This document shows, piece after piece, positions 25,401 through 39,900 of a DNA stretch of 64,000 nucleotides; the stretch's first letter is position 1; each line of letters begins with the position of its first letter. The stretch comes from Flaccisagitta enflata (taxonomy: Eukaryota). The stretch is taken from NCBI GenBank assembly GCA_965153355.1, contig OZ231126.1, positions 6,200,001 through 6,264,000 of the forward strand, given 5' to 3'. A program made the translations under genes and the position numbers. Below the pieces are notes generated by a model. It was not told the origin of the DNA. It saw only the letters and a list, made by a program, of their open reading frames with translations, and made no database searches.

Positions 25401-26083
25401 CCACTCCCCCATAGTTACCTGATCCGAGTCAACAGATAAGAAATCCCGTTCCCAAGTGACTTCCTCGCCGACTAATCGCTTCCACACGAACTGCGGCAAT
25501 GCTAACACCAAGTGCTCTCGACCCCTGAAGAGAAGGACAAGAGGATGGATGGATGAATGAACGAATGACTGAATGAATTAATGAACGAATGAAGAATGAT
25601 TGATCGAAGAAATGAATGGGAGGTGTGAAAAATGTTCAGACCGTCCATTTCACAGACAGACAGATAGACAGAGAGGGATTTGAAAAACAACTGCCACTCC
25701 CCATTGCTAATGTATATGATATAAGTTTTCTCAAAAGATCCTGTAAACGTTGTCGGAGGCTCTCCGAGACCGTGATTTTTGAATTCCTCATCGAAAATTG
25801 AGTAGAAATAGTGAAAATGGTATATTTTTGACAAAACCGAGATTTAAAATCACACTCGTTATCATCATTACTACCCTCAGAAATTTTGCCGCCATTTTTT
25901 TCATCAGTTTGACTGCACTGATTCTCTCTATGAAGCTTTGGCTCGATGTCATATGTTGCATCGATTGCGAAACCAACTGACAACGAATAACGGAAGAAGA
26001 AGAAAAAGAAGAAGAAGAAGAAGAAGAAGAAGTCTGGATGAGAAGGAGGTGAGAAGGAGGATAAGGAGGATAAGAAGAAGAAT

Positions 26084-26133
<50 letters not shown>

Positions 26134-26286
26134 GAGACAGACAGAGAGACAGACAGAGAGACAGACAGAGAGACAGACAGAGAGACAGACAGAGAGACAG
26201 ACAGACAGACAGAGAGACAGACAGACAGAGAGACAGACAGAGAGACAGACAGACAGAGAGACACACAGACAGAGAGACACACAGAC

Positions 26287-26331
<45 letters not shown>

Positions 26332-26547
26332 CAGATGAAAAGTTAGGCAGGCAAGTTGAAAGATGCTAGATGTGAATGTCATAGATGAAAATGACAAGTT
26401 AAAAAAAACATGTAATGTATGGAACTACTGACAAGTCGAATTGCAAAATGAGAAAAATCATAGTTTTAAGCCAGTGATTCATATACCTGAATCTCTCTCC
26501 ACAGCCTGCGGTGGACGAGCTTTGGTTCCAGCACCTTCACACGCACA

Positions 26548-26599
<52 letters not shown>

Positions 26600-26628
26600 T
26601 ACACACACACAGAGTTACACACACACAG

Positions 26629-26662
<34 letters not shown>

Positions 26663-26731
26663 CACACACACACACAGTAACACACACACACACAGAGTTA
26701 CACACAGAGTTACACACACACGTACACAGAG

Positions 26732-26777
<46 letters not shown>

Positions 26778-29700
26778 GCACGCGCGCGCGCATTATTATC
26801 AATTGATTTTCTCTCACACTAATTCCACTTTCCGTGTTTACCGACTAATTAAAAGATACTGTCACCTTCTAACCTCTGGCGACGCTAAGCGACAGGGAGT
26901 ACTAGGCTGAGCTTTCATTATATTGTAGATAAATGCCAAATGAATGTATTTCTCATTCAGCTTCAATAAGCCAGCATTGGAAGTTGGCTAAATGGAAATT
27001 TTAACTTTTTGTCTATTTATAGTAATATTTTTTTCAAATGCGAAAAGGCTCAAATTTGGTACAGAGAAACTATATATATTCATCTATCGAACTCAGGAGG
27101 CAATTTTTCATTCTTTCCAGTTATATAGGCATAACATTTAATATTTAATATTTTTTTTCATTCGAAAATTGTTATTTTTTCAATTTAAGTACTTAATAAA
27201 TTAAATAGCTATGGGTTTATTTCAAAACTTAAGTATCTCTGGTTCCGTTCAGCTAATTGGCTATTTTCTTGCGATTACAGCGATGTTTTTAAAATTACAT
27301 AATTATGAAATAAACATATACAAATATATTTTTAATGAGAAATGGGTAGTTATAGACAGCAAACGTGTTCATGGACGAAACTCTCATCTACCACCGATAC
27401 TTAGTATATGTATAACTCTATCTTCAATGCATTTTCGAAAAAAGAGCGTGGGACTCTTGTTGAACGGACAGACTGACGCCAAGGGATTTGTCTCATAAAC
27501 ATCATCCAGCGCGACGCACAAACCTGAAACAAGCGCCCATAATTTTGCCAATAAACTCGAGTTTGGTAAAAAGATCACAGGAAGGATTTGGAACGTAAAC
27601 ATCACGGTTGACATTAGAGTCGAGAGAACTTTGGTTGGGAGATCTGAAAAGCAGAGCCAAAATGGAAACCCGACAGTCAAAACGAAGGACAATTGGTATA
27701 AGATTGCGGTACTAAGTAAAGAATACCGGTGGCGATTTGGAGAACTGAACAACTTAACTCGCATAATACGCTACTCTAAACCCGGCTTTGTCGGTCCGTC
27801 CGTCCGGCCGTCTTCCGCTTCCCCCCCCCCCATTCCATTTGTTTTTTTGACATACGTGAGATTTTCGGCCTCACCCCTGCCAAAATAGCCCTCTCTAGCA
27901 CTACCCCAACCGCGCGCGACTGGGGTGGAAATCTTGTTGAATAGCGGAAGCGTAGTGTGAAGTGAACATGTATACCAGTTTATACCACCTTACGGCTTAC
28001 CCGACCTTATAAAGAATGGAAGAGGAAGAGGTAATTCTGGATCGGAGGGGCAAAGCTCATCGGCCAAATCGGCCAATGAATCGCGAAATCCACCTCCTTG
28101 ATCGATGATACCCTCGGACAGGAATTTGCACTCCCACCTGCAAAAAAAAAAAAAAAAAAAAAAACAGGGGGGGGGGAATGGGTTATCGATTCTTTGTTAT
28201 TTGATCTTGTTATCGCCATTTGATAAAAGCCCTTTTTCTCAACATACAACGTATCCAACGCCAATGTTAAATCATGTCTTATAACATCACACAACGGAAC
28301 AAACGAAACATGGAACAAACGAAAACGGGACGGACGTTAAAAAAACAATGCGTTGGTGAACAAAAGAAATATCATCGATAGGCTTGATACCATTGTTCGT
28401 AGTGGGGCGGCCAGCGGAAGTCCATGGGCTTTTCTGTTTTGCCTTGTGGTTTTAAACCCTCGTAAACTTGATTGAAGACCGTGTTTTTGCACTCGGGATC
28501 CAACGACGGATCTGTCAATATCACACGATGGGAAGAAGTTTCATGACGAGTTGAATAATTAGTTCAGTCAGTCCGACACACTTTGTTCATTTGACATCAA
28601 CAAGTACCGTCTTCTACACTGACCGGCCTCGAAAAAAAAGACAACTTTTGCATCAGCCCATAACGAGAATGCATGAATGCATCAATTGAAGATGCCCAAT
28701 TGCCCATTCACTGCGACGTTAATTCTGGCTACAAATAAGCAATTCACAGAAATCAGCCATTGACGCGATTATACCGCTTTTATGATCGGCGGCGGCTCTT
28801 CGATTGATGTACAATTTGGGCATTCTTCCCGGACGCGAAGTTTCGGATTCGTGAAGGAAAGTCTCCACCAAAGACATACGCTTTTTCGACAAAGGAAGCA
28901 ATTGACGAACCCACTTTAACGCGTCAAAAGTCCCTGAAACGATAACAACAAACCTCATTGAGAAGTAGCAGAGACAAACTCATTGAAAAGTAGCAGAGAG
29001 ATAGCTAGGAAATCAAACAGCTACTGATGCATGATGATTGATCATTGATAAAGCAGATACAGACGAAAGTGAAATACAAGAAGTTAACCCCCCAAAAACT
29101 GTAGCACCGCCCCATCTTATATGTCTTTCTTCATTCAGTGGTTGAAGCTGAAGGGGGGGGTGCAACAGTTTTTTTGGGGGGGGTTAACTTCTTGAATTTC
29201 ACTTCCGTCTGTACACAAGGCAAGACAAGACAAGTCTTCACTCTCCAATAGCATCGTTGGACCAGTAAGGATAGAGACAAAGAAGCTAGTGGACGGAAGC
29301 ATGAATTAGATAGGTGGTCAGGAGACACAGATAGACAGGCAACGGACAGGCCAACAAGTAACCAGGATCAAAAATAGATAGGAAAATCGTAAGAGAGCTA
29401 CAAGGAGGTCGAACAGACAGACAGACAGACCGACCTGAGCAAGGAGGCGAATAAAATGGGCAGGGGACATGGGACAGGAAGAGAGAGAGTATGATACAAT
29501 GATAACAAAAGGTAAGCGGCAAAAACGCTTTCGGTCAAAAGCCACTCAGAAAATAAGACACGTATGAAGGAAACTCGCAAAAAAAGCAAGGTCCTTACCG
29601 ACGGAATGCTCCCATTTGGGCACTAGATGCGGTAATACTGAATCCACGAGATTGATGAAACGTTGCAAAACCAACGCACGTCGATACAGAAAATTGTGGT

Positions 29701-32700
29701 CAAAACTGAAAGATTAAGTGATAATCGGGGACGGGGATTAACACCATCTTGAGCAGCTCCTTCATTAATTTTGAACTCTAGTGATTTTACACAAGTGCCG
29801 CTAGACGACAGTGCAACTTACCTTTCAATAATCGGGTAACGAATCAAATTCTCCGAGGTAAAATTATCACAGTTGAGAGCGGCATCGCGTTCCCGTGAGG
29901 ATTTGATCTTGATGCCGTGAAGTCGGGTGTCAATTCCTTCGTCTTTGCACTCTGAGATTGGAGGAAGGAAAGAAGCAGAAGGAAAGGGAGGAGGAAAGGG
30001 AGGAGGAAGGGGAGGATAAGAGGAGGAAACGAGGGAAGGATAAGGGATAAGGGAGGATAAGGGAAGGAAATGAGGAAGGCGAGGAAAAGTAGAGGAGGAA
30101 AAGAGGATAAAAGCGGTAAAATTAAATTTACACCGATTCAAGAGTAAATACTTCTTACATTGTTTTCGTTGAAGATATGCCAACTACTTCAGATCTTTAA
30201 TTGTTTTGGGTTGACATGGAATGTTTGAGGAAATAGTCTCAATCAGAGGAAAGGTTTTTGATTTTAGGCTGTTGGTTGCATGAGCCTTTTACAATGGGAA
30301 GATAAGATGGATGTGAGGGATATTTGGATTAGGCCCCTCCATTCAGCACACTCATCTTGTATTCTTTCTTGTCACTGGCACTTGTAGCAAACAGGTGAAA
30401 ATCACTGATTTTTGCTATTGACGGGATGGTTTTTTTGAATAATTTCATGATAATGCTAAGATGGTCTTAGTTGTTCTTTACTATTAAGGATAATTGTGAT
30501 GGGTCCGGATTAAACACCATTGTGAACTTCAAAGGCTCTCATTCTGGGAGTAGTAGTGTTGTCCAACTTCCATAGTACTTATTCACGTGCAGTCTATACA
30601 TGTTGTCATTCGGTCATACCCGAGTAAAACGGTAATACCATTCCCGAGTAAAACGCTAATACAATTCTTTCTGTCATTTACCTTTCACCCTGATTTCGAG
30701 ACAAGGATAGAAGGTGGCGGCGTCTTCTAAGATGCAGACGTCGCCGGAGAAGGTAGAATCGACTTTGGTGTTGGCGAGGAGTTTGAGATGTTCGGCATCG
30801 ATGCCGCCCATCACCACAATGTGGTTCGGCATGTAGTTGTCGTCCCCGGCGTCAACCGTCACTAACATCTTACGTATCACCACGCCTGCGATGAAAGATG
30901 ATAAGGATCTCCGACACGGGGTTTGCATGGCTTAGACAGGCATTTAGTTAAGACGGTGAACGGTTAAATGAATTTGTTTCAGCAAGAATGGATCGTGTGA
31001 TTGGCGCCTACACAAAAAAAAAGCGTCTTTATACACCCACCTGGAAGTGAGCCTAACCCAGCGCCCGCAAAGATTGCCTCAACATACCCGCCTGATCCTT
31101 GGATCTCTGGAATGCGTGCTCAGATTGCCTTGACTTACCCGCTTTTGTATGAAGCCTGATCCAGTGCATGCCCTGATTGCCAAGACCCACCAGTGATGAC
31201 CCTGATTGCCTCGACTTACCCGCTTTCATATGAAGCCAGATCAAGTGCGTGCCCTGATTGCCTTGACCCACCAGTGTTTGCCTTGATCGCCTCGACTTAC
31301 CCACTTTCATATGAAGCCTGACCCAGTGCGTGCCCTGATTGCCTCGACCCACCGCCACCAGTGATGGCCCTGATCGCCTCGACTTACCCGCTTTCATATG
31401 AAGCCTGACCCAGTGCATGCCCTGATTGCCTCAACCCACCAGTGATGGCCCTGATTGCCTTGACTTACCCGCTTTCATATGAAGCCTGACCCAGTGCGTG
31501 CCCTGATTGCCGTCCGATTCCCAGTAAGTGTTGGGATCTCCGTCGAGGAGGTTTTCTTTGTCATCGTCGTCGCAGGAAGTGGACACGTCCACAGACTCGA
31601 TGTAGTCTTTCACGTTGGCCAAGTTGATGTTGTCGCAGCCGCCTTTGTCGTACAGGAAACGCACCAAAGATTCGTCACATTCACGTCTACGCGCGGGACG
31701 AAGAAAACCGAGAGGGCCAAAAGGAGGGTTTGGGTTTATGGGGAGGGAGAAAAAGTATGATAGAAATGGGAACATTTGAGGAAACGAGGGGCTTGTAGAG
31801 GGGGAGGAGGGGGGGGTGGCGGTGGGGTAAACGGGAATGACAAATAGGGGCTTTGTTTGACTTCATATTTGATAACAAAACTGTCAAAAGTACAATCCGT
31901 TATCAAGTCCATATGGGGGCCTTCACTCACTATCCCCTCATCGCTCTACTGCCTCTACACATAACTAGTCGACTACAAATTACCGTCTCAGAAAAGTAAG
32001 ACAGACTGTTTGCATAACCGGCCATATCTCGTTCAATATCTGTAAATTACACTGTACGCAAAAAAAAACACAAACCTCCATCTGGTGGATATTTCTCTGA
32101 GCCGCTGGCTGGCTTGTTCGTGGACATTGACTACTGCAGGCAGTCGACAGAGTTTAAGCGCGAATGAATATTCCACCAACTGCTCCCAGTCGGAAATCAC
32201 GACCTCTTTGCGACGCCAAGAAGGCGGAGGAGGAGGAGGAGTAGAATTGGTTTTCGAAGAGGAAGAGAAGGACGAATCTTTATTGTCGACGGGAATCAGT
32301 AAATGACCTGCAATGACACAAAACCAGTTGAAAAGTTGCATTATCAAATATTTTACTGGATACAAACTAGGGACGGGTTGTTCCCCTGGTTACAAACTGG
32401 GAGAGTTGATTTAAAAACCATCAAAAGCAGGCGGTAAGTTTTACCGGTGTTGTTAGGCGTTTGGGCTGAATAGAGCAGGCACGTTTTAGCTGAATAGAGC
32501 AGACAAAAGGCGGGCAATTGGGCACTAACCATTCATATTTGCATTTCTAGGCGTTTTGCGGTTTGAGCAGAGTAGAGCAGGCTAGAGGCAGGCAATTAGG
32601 CAATCACCATTCATATTTGCATTGTGCGGAATTTGGGCAGAGTATAGCAGTTACCAGATGGGCAATTAGGCACTCACCATTCATATTGGCATTGTGAGGA

Positions 32701-34041
32701 GTTTGAGCAGTCTAGAGCAGGCATCAGACGGGCAATTAGGCACTCGACATTTATATTGGTATTGTGAGAAGTTTGTGTACACTAGAGCATGCACCAGATG
32801 GGCAATTAGGCACTCACCATTCATATTTGCATTGTGAGGAGTTTAAACAGACTAGAGCAGGCACCAGATGGGCAATTAGGCACTCACCATTCATATTTGC
32901 ATTGTGAGGAGTTTAAACAGACTAGAGCAGGCACCAGATGGGCAATTAGGCACTCACCATTCATGAATCATATTGGTATTATGGGGAGTTGGGGCGGAGT
33001 ACCAAGTAGGCAATTGGGCACTTACCATTCATATTTGCGTTGTGAGGCGTCTGGGCAGAGTAGAGTAGACACCAGGCGGGCGATCCGTCTTTGGTCACCT
33101 CCGACACGACGGGACCGATGCATTTCTTTAGCACGCGTAACCATTGCCCTTCCGCGTTGCAAAATTCCTCGCCTACATTTGTCAAACGAACCATGAAATA
33201 GGTCATAGCCATGAATAGGTAATGATGAATCAAGAAGGGGGTGCGGTAACCTGATGCGACAGGGGTCGTCGTTTATTGACAGATGCAGGGGTGGTGGGGG
33301 GGTGCGGTAACCTGATGCGACAGGGGTCGTCGTTCATTGACAGATAAACGTGGGGGGGGGGAAGCGCTGCTGCCGGCAGTAACCTGATGCGACGATGCGA
33401 CAAGGGAAATCCTCGACGGCCTTCAAATCGCCGATTTTCTTGGAAGGAGACGCGTCAGCTTCCGAATAAATCCCAAGCTGGAAAAAAATTTCCAAATGCG
33501 ATACAATTTAACCCCAATCTTACATACCCGCTACTAACGGAATTCCGCCTATATTTCATGCAAAACCAAAGTACCCTCAACACATTTCGTTTCATTTCCT
33601 GTAATGGCTGTTGAAGAATTCCGCCTGTAGAGTGTAGACTGTTAATGTAAAAGACAAGATTTGTTAGTCCCTTGAAATACGTTAGAGCGAGATTTAACAC
33701 ACTTCCTCACACTAGCTCCATTACACCCACCCAAGCTTGCTTCCTTGCGCTCAGCCTCTTTATATCGAGCGCTAGCTCTCACGCACTTGCTCGCTCGCTC
33801 TCGCTGATCCTTACCCTATCCCTCATGAATGCACTCTCCCGCTCATGGACTTGGTCACACTCTCGATTTCAGGCTACAAGCGTGTCCTCACCTTGCCGCA
33901 TGGCGCCAGAGCGTACTCGACTTCGGCGGGGACGAAGCATAATTCCTTGGGAAATGGTTCTCCGTCTTTGAAATGCTGAATGCATTGAGAGACGCAACGA
34001 ATGCGAGCGAGACGCTTTTGACAGACGTCCAACTCCATCAT
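22414..34041 (-). CDS. HECTD3: E3 ubiquitin ligase HECTD3 (DOC + HECT domains), 17 exons
   Basis: Exons 33892-34041, 33384-33477, 33026-33172, 32076-32307, 31469-31686, 30682-30885, 29822-29951, 29599-29705, 28775-28933, 28391-28511, 28006-28137, 27524-27643, 25419-25524, 24959-25040, 24655-24821, 23850-24001, 22414-22657. DOC motif [20 protein letters not shown] motifs [16 protein letters not shown] and [16 protein letters not shown]-terminus [16 protein letters not shown]...[15 protein letters not shown]. Confidence 0.95.
22617..23072 (-). repeat. 69-bp tandem array x7 of the HECTD3 last-exon acceptor plus exon head
   Basis: Unit ...CTTTCAG|ATTTACCAACGAGGATCGTTCTCGTTTCCTGCGTTTCGTGACT; only the innermost copy continues into the exon. 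Confidence 0.93.
24279..24400 (+). mobile_element. HINE-like short element family B (reverse copies 2482-2616, 4665-4785, 20922-21058)
   Basis: TTTTAGGTGCGACAAAGCACCTCTATAACTGG-(GGTC/GGTT)n-GTCGCACCT...GGCCTACTTGGCCTTGTT: subterminal inverted repeats, microsatellite, 3' hairpin. Confidence 0.75.
25234..25411. mobile_element. Short MITE
   Basis: TIRs GGGGGAGTGGGGCCATTTGGGACACGGA and TCCGTGTCCCAAATAGCCCCACTCCCCC; related right end at 59195-59222. Confidence 0.75.
29060..29211. mobile_element. 152-bp hairpin MITE, TA TSD
   Basis: ta|CAGACGAAAGTGAAATACAAGAAGTTAACCC...GGGTTAACTTCTTGAATTTCACTTCCGTCTG|ta. Confidence 0.75.
31053..31510 (-). repeat. 81-87-bp tandem array x5 of a HECTD3 DOC exon tail plus donor
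   Basis: [21 protein letters not shown] repeated; donors at about 31467, 31386, 31299, 31218, 31137. Confidence 0.9.
32460..33080 (-). repeat. About 70-bp tandem array x8 of HECTD3 exon 3 tail plus donor
   Basis: ...CACAATGCAAATATGAATG|GTGAGTGCCTAATTGCC repeated and degenerating with distance from the exon. Confidence 0.88.
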
Positions 34042-35187
34042 GCCATGACTTCCACCGGAAGTGGGAACGAGAAAGGAAAACACGAGGCCGAGCTCAAATA
34101 TAGTGCGATTCGTGCATCCAGACTTAAAGGAAACGCCGAGTAAGGGGAGGCTCGAGGTCTATGACGGAACTGAGCTGATTATTTGAGTTTCTTCGCGTTC
34201 ACTTACGAAGATTCAGTTGTAAATCATTTGGAAATTCCGACCTAATTTTCAGTTGCTCGGTGCTTCAGAGCAGTCACAACTCTGGTCCAACTAATCTTCG
34301 CCGAACAACCGCCCCGTTGATGAACAAGTAAAACCGCCAGCGAATGTATAGTTTCAATAACTAATACTACAATTTATCTTAAGACTGCAAATAGAACAAA
34401 ACAACAATATAATGTAGAGATTCGATTCTGAAAAAAAATCTGCGTATATCGATCCGGTCCCATGAGGCGATGAGAAGAATCCATTTGCTACGATATGCGA
34501 GCTTTGCATACAACTAGGTTTTCGCATTATAGAACGGAAGATAAGGCATGTTAAAACGAATCTAACACGCGCCGTGTTTAACTTTAAAGCGAAAAATTTC
34601 AACCGTTAGCATTGAGGGAAATGCAATGCACATCTCTTGCCGTGGATTTCATTCATGCAGATTTTGCCCTTCATAAAATGACAAAAGCTTGGAAAACTCG
34701 ATCAAGTAAAACGATAAAAGCAAAAGGCAGCGAAAAACTCAACGACATTCATACGCGTGACTAAAAATTTATCAACTAAAATGCATCATCCAGGTGCGCT
34801 TATCGTGGCCGCATTGTCACTTGACAAGGGCCCGTAGCGGCCTAAGAAAATAAATAAGAATCGCCCGGTTTGAATAATCGGTATCCGAAAAAAAGATACA
34901 TCCGGGCTAGGACTAGAATGGAACGAATACAGAAAGTTTTGATGGAGAAAAAGGAAAACAAGCCCGAGCGCGCAACTAGATGGGTCATCTGCGTGATATT
35001 AGAAGAGGCGTAACGGACGGACGGACGGACAGACCCTCTTATAGAGATGCGATGACGCATCTAAAAAGAGAAAAGATAGAAGATGTTGAAAGAAATTGAA
35101 AACAATAAATGTACGGAGAGAACCTCAACGACAACAACAACAAAAGCATCAACATCATCAACAACAACCTCAACAACAAGGCCAAAA

Positions 35188-36848
35188 CTATGGTATCATG
35201 AGAAAAGTTGAAAAGGCGAGTTGAATGATAATAAGGAAATGAAGAGAAACAAAGGACGAAGAAGAGGCGTGATTTCGTAAGGCGTTTGACTCGGACTGAA
35301 GGACGACGACTTTCCGGAAGATCTCGTCGAGTTTCTCCTCCAATTTGAGGAAATCGGAAGTGATGTTCTGTTTGGCGTCGACGATCTGCTTGGAGAGGTC
35401 GCCCGTGATTAAAGATGAATGATGAGAAAAGATGTTGGACAATTGATGCTGTAAATCTCTGCGCGAAAAATGAAAAGTTTCGAAAAGTGCCAGTTGAAGA
35501 GTTTCAGCTTAGTCGATTGCGCAACTGTTATCTGTTATCTGTTAACTGTTATCCCGCCTGTCACAACTATGGATTTTCAGTTGCCTTTGAAAGTGAGCCG
35601 CGATGCCAACGACAACATCGACAGTGATACAGTGCATGACTGCTCCTGCCCAATCGCTGACATGTTGGCGGTGCATTCGTTCATTAGCGGCGATGTGGAC
35701 TTAACTATTCTCTATTTGTTACAATACCAGGCGGCGGAATGACAGGCGGCGGAATGACATCTCGAGATTATCTGTTTTTATGTTTACAGAAGTCACCGAT
35801 ATGTACAAAAACAAACTAGATTCCCCACTCTACCTATGGTCAGCTTTGGCTTGTTCTCCCGCGCGTCTGATTTCTCCGAGTATGTTGACAGTGAGAGCCT
35901 CCGAGTGGGGAGTGGATAAATCACAGACTGGGTTTTGTTTCATCGCCAAAATAATCACCAGAAGACACAAAATGATCACGAACAAAACGATCGCTAAAGA
36001 AGAAGAAGTAACACAGAGAGACGGCAATCAATTTTAGTGGAACTGAGCAGAATGAGCGAGAAAATGAGTTTAAAGCTCATTTCTTTTGACGTGACTTTAC
36101 ATGCAATCGAGAACGTTCATTCACACAGTAATTGTACATATTGCATGAGGCAAACCAACTAGCTGGACAAGTACTGATTGACCCTACCATAATTTGCATT
36201 TTAATAGAAACGTTGTCACGCTGACGTATGAGGAGAGCATTTATTCATTCATTTATTTTTCGAGCATTCCCATCCCCTTCATACTCAACAGAAACATTGT
36301 CATATACCGACGAACGAGGAGAGCATAGAAGTACAGCGCTCATTTCATTTGACTAAACTTAGTTCATTCTTTAGTTCATTCATACCCTTCATATTCAACG
36401 CAAACATTGTCATACCGACAAACGAGAAGAGCGTGACGGACTTTTTTAGCGCCTTGTACTTCTTCCTCATATCACTTTCCGACGGAGAATAATTTGTATT
36501 TCTACGATGAGTATTGTATTCTAATTGCGAGGTCTGTTGATGGTGCGTCATGCGGCTGCCGCCGATGCCGAGGCCACTGCTGCCGCGACCGAGGCCACTG
36601 CCGCCGCGGATATCGATGCCGCTGTCCATACCAATTACCTCCTGAGATTCGAGAATTCGTCATCATGCATCATCGTTCTCCTCATCCAAATTATGATTCG
36701 CACCAACGTCATTTTCTTCATTATCGTTCTCTTTTTTAGCCTTGATCATCAAATTTGTCATTATCATTTCCATCATCATCAATGCTTCATTAACTCCGTC
36801 ATAGTTCTCACCAGCCAGTCCATCATCATCATCATCACCTTCGTCGTT

Positions 36849-36903
<55 letters not shown>

Positions 36904-39900
36904 CCTTCGTCGTTTTCATCATCATCATCATCATCATCATCCCTACATAACATTCAACAGAAGTATTCATCACCATCTTCGCCATCGTCAACATTTCCCT
37001 TTCCGATGCGTACCCTGCCTCCTTGCGGGGTGCTGGAGTAAGGCGGGGGTCCATCGGGGGGCAAAGAGAAAGCCGTGACGTCGGGGGCGTGTGCCGATGG
37101 CGTCGTCGTCGTCATCATCATAGTCGGCGTCGACGTCGCCGCCTCTGAAAAGAGGGGCGCCGAGGAAATCGGCGTCGATGCGGCGTCGGTCTCCGTAGGT
37201 AACAGAATTCCTTCGTGCAAAACGGAAGCGGAAGCGGCGCCGCGTTCGTCGTCGGAGGCGGCGAGTAAAGGCTCCGACCTATTATATCAATTGAATAGTT
37301 GGAAAATCCTCAACAGAGTCTGAGAAAGCCAACCAGGAAAGCGATTGTACCAACTAAGTTATGTCTCAACATAGTGTACATCATTATATTTTCAACTTTC
37401 CTATCTAACAAAGAATAAGGGGCCATTTGCAACATGCAAATAAACACTATTCTGCAGTTCCTCTACTTGCTATCCGCCAAACCGTACCCAAACGTAGTCA
37501 AGCCTTACATACACCCCCCCCCCCGACTCTCACTCTGCGCCCTCCCCACTCGTGATCGTTTACTCCCACAAAAACCCACAAAAACGTGACGTGGCGAAGA
37601 AACACGATCTCTCTTCGACCTTCGCGGCTTTCCAAGAAAAATCATCAAAAAACTGCTTCAACCATAATGTAATCGGCTGTAAATACACTCAAAATTCCAT
37701 CTTTTTGTTCTCCACCCAACTGCAAATTTTCATCTCAATCAGTCAACGGGAAGGGTCAAAACTTTGAAAGAAACTACCATTATTAATGGGATTGATTTTA
37801 TTTCATCATCAAAAAAAATCGCTATCGTGGTCTCACTCTCTCATCGCCTCATATTTGTTTGGAATCTAAAGTCCAAGTTGAATCAGTTCTCCAACCTCGG
37901 TCTTCTTGTGTATCAACTACAGCTAAGAATTTGTGTTACAAAACCGTTTACTCCTTCGCGGCTAAAAAAAATTACTTCACAGAGCCAAAGACTGAATCTT
38001 ACTGAAGGAAATTGTCATCTTTCCGCGTTAATAAAACTCAAGACATGGAGAAAATACAGCATGATATTGCGCAACTGGAAAAAGAGTCAAAAGAAACAAA
38101 TGAATGGAAAACCAAAATGGATGCTCTACTCATGACCTTCAAAAAAGGTTTTGAAGGTTTTGAAAAAGTCGTGGAAGGCATTAACAATAATCATACAGCT
38201 TTGAATGAAACAATTGCCATGCTAACCATTAAAATGAAAAATCATATCACAAGTGCTGATTCCTTCAAAGCCCAAGTGGTTAAGCATCAGGTTGCCTCAA
38301 AAACCGAACTTGAAGCCTTCAAAGCCCAAGTGGTTAAGCATCAGGTTGCCTCAAAAACCGAATTTGAAGCCTTTGGAAAGAAATTGACTAAATCACAACA
38401 ACAGTTAGATGCAACAAGTCGCAAGTTTACGGAGGAGATGGAAAAAAACAGGCGTATCAAAGATGAATTGAAGACCAAGATGGATGCCATTGGAGAAAGA
38501 ACAACATCAACTGACGTCAGATTACAGGAGCTCCAAACCGAATTTCAAGCCATCAAGGCAAAAGTGGATGAAATTCACAATTCTGCACCAAGTTCAACCA
38601 ACCCTGCCACAATGAATAAAGGCACACCTGTGCAATTTGTTCCAGAATGGGTCTTGCGCGAACGAAAGAGAAACAACATCATCATTTTTGGTCAACAGGA
38701 AACAGATGACGATCTTGCCATGATCAAATTGCTTGCTGGTGACTTGAACCTGGACCTGGATCCTTCTACGGACATTGTTCATCATTTTTGTGTTGGAACA
38801 TCAAACAGTAGCAATTTGCGCCCCCTGGTTGTTAAATTTGTATGCTCAGAAAAAAAGAGGGCAATGCTCCTGATGGCAAAGAAGCTGAGAGGAATGGAGA
38901 AATGGAACGGGGTGATTATCACTCACGACATGACAAAATTGGAATGTCAAGTGGAAAAAGCATGGGAGATTAAATTGCGGCAAGATGCTGAGCATTTGAA
39001 CAATTCTCTTACTGCAGATGAAAAAAGCGTCAAGTTTTTCAAAGTTATTGGCGGCTGTCGCGAGCGAAGAATAGCATGCTTTCCCATTAAATGACTCACT
39101 AACTTAGAGACCATAAGAGCGCAATGATCAAATCAGATTTTTTTTCTCTCTTTACAAATGGTTTTTTAGTATCATAAAATCTTTAGTATTTGCTCAGAGA
39201 ATAATCACTGATATCATTTGCACTTATAAAAGCATCATATTTGCTATTTGGAAGTATTTATAGTCTTTATCTTTATATATTGGAAAGTCGTTGAAAATTT
39301 TGGTGAATATGCAACTTTTTCCTTTATTGATTTACACTTTTGATTTTTAAAACTAGTGACTGGTCAATTTTGGATATTTTGAACATAGAATTTTTAGCAG
39401 TTGCATGGTAACAATTCTCGCTTTTGGTTCTTATGAACTACTGACTGGTTAATTTTCTTTGCCACGTAAATTGTAATTCGACGGAACAGCTATCATCTCG
39501 AAGAGCAAGTCGTAAAAAGCTTGCTTCCTTTGATAGCTTAAATTTTATATTATATTAATTGGGATACATCATGCACGCCATGGGGGAGGCTTTCATAGGT
39601 CAAGAAAAATTCTCGGTCATAATGGGGAGTGGTTTTGGCCTTAAGAAGGTTTACTCTATCACTTTATACAAAAATGAAAATTTTTTTACTTCAAAATTTT
39701 TGTAAAATGCCGTAAAATGCCGTAAAAAGCCGTAAAATTGGCATTTTTGACAGTTTTTTGGGTCCAAAACCGCCACTGTGGTCAAAAAATGGGCAAACAA
39801 TGATTATTTAGTACTAAAACATATTCATGCATAAATACATGCCAACTCATCATCAAAAAATGCCATTTTTATAGCTTTTTACGGCATTTTACGGCACAAA

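Noticed and set aside
36642-37013. Poly-Asp or poly-Met ORFs as coding sequence
   Set aside because: (GAT)n tract bounded by GT..AG with in-frame stops; treated as intron 2 of the RING gene.
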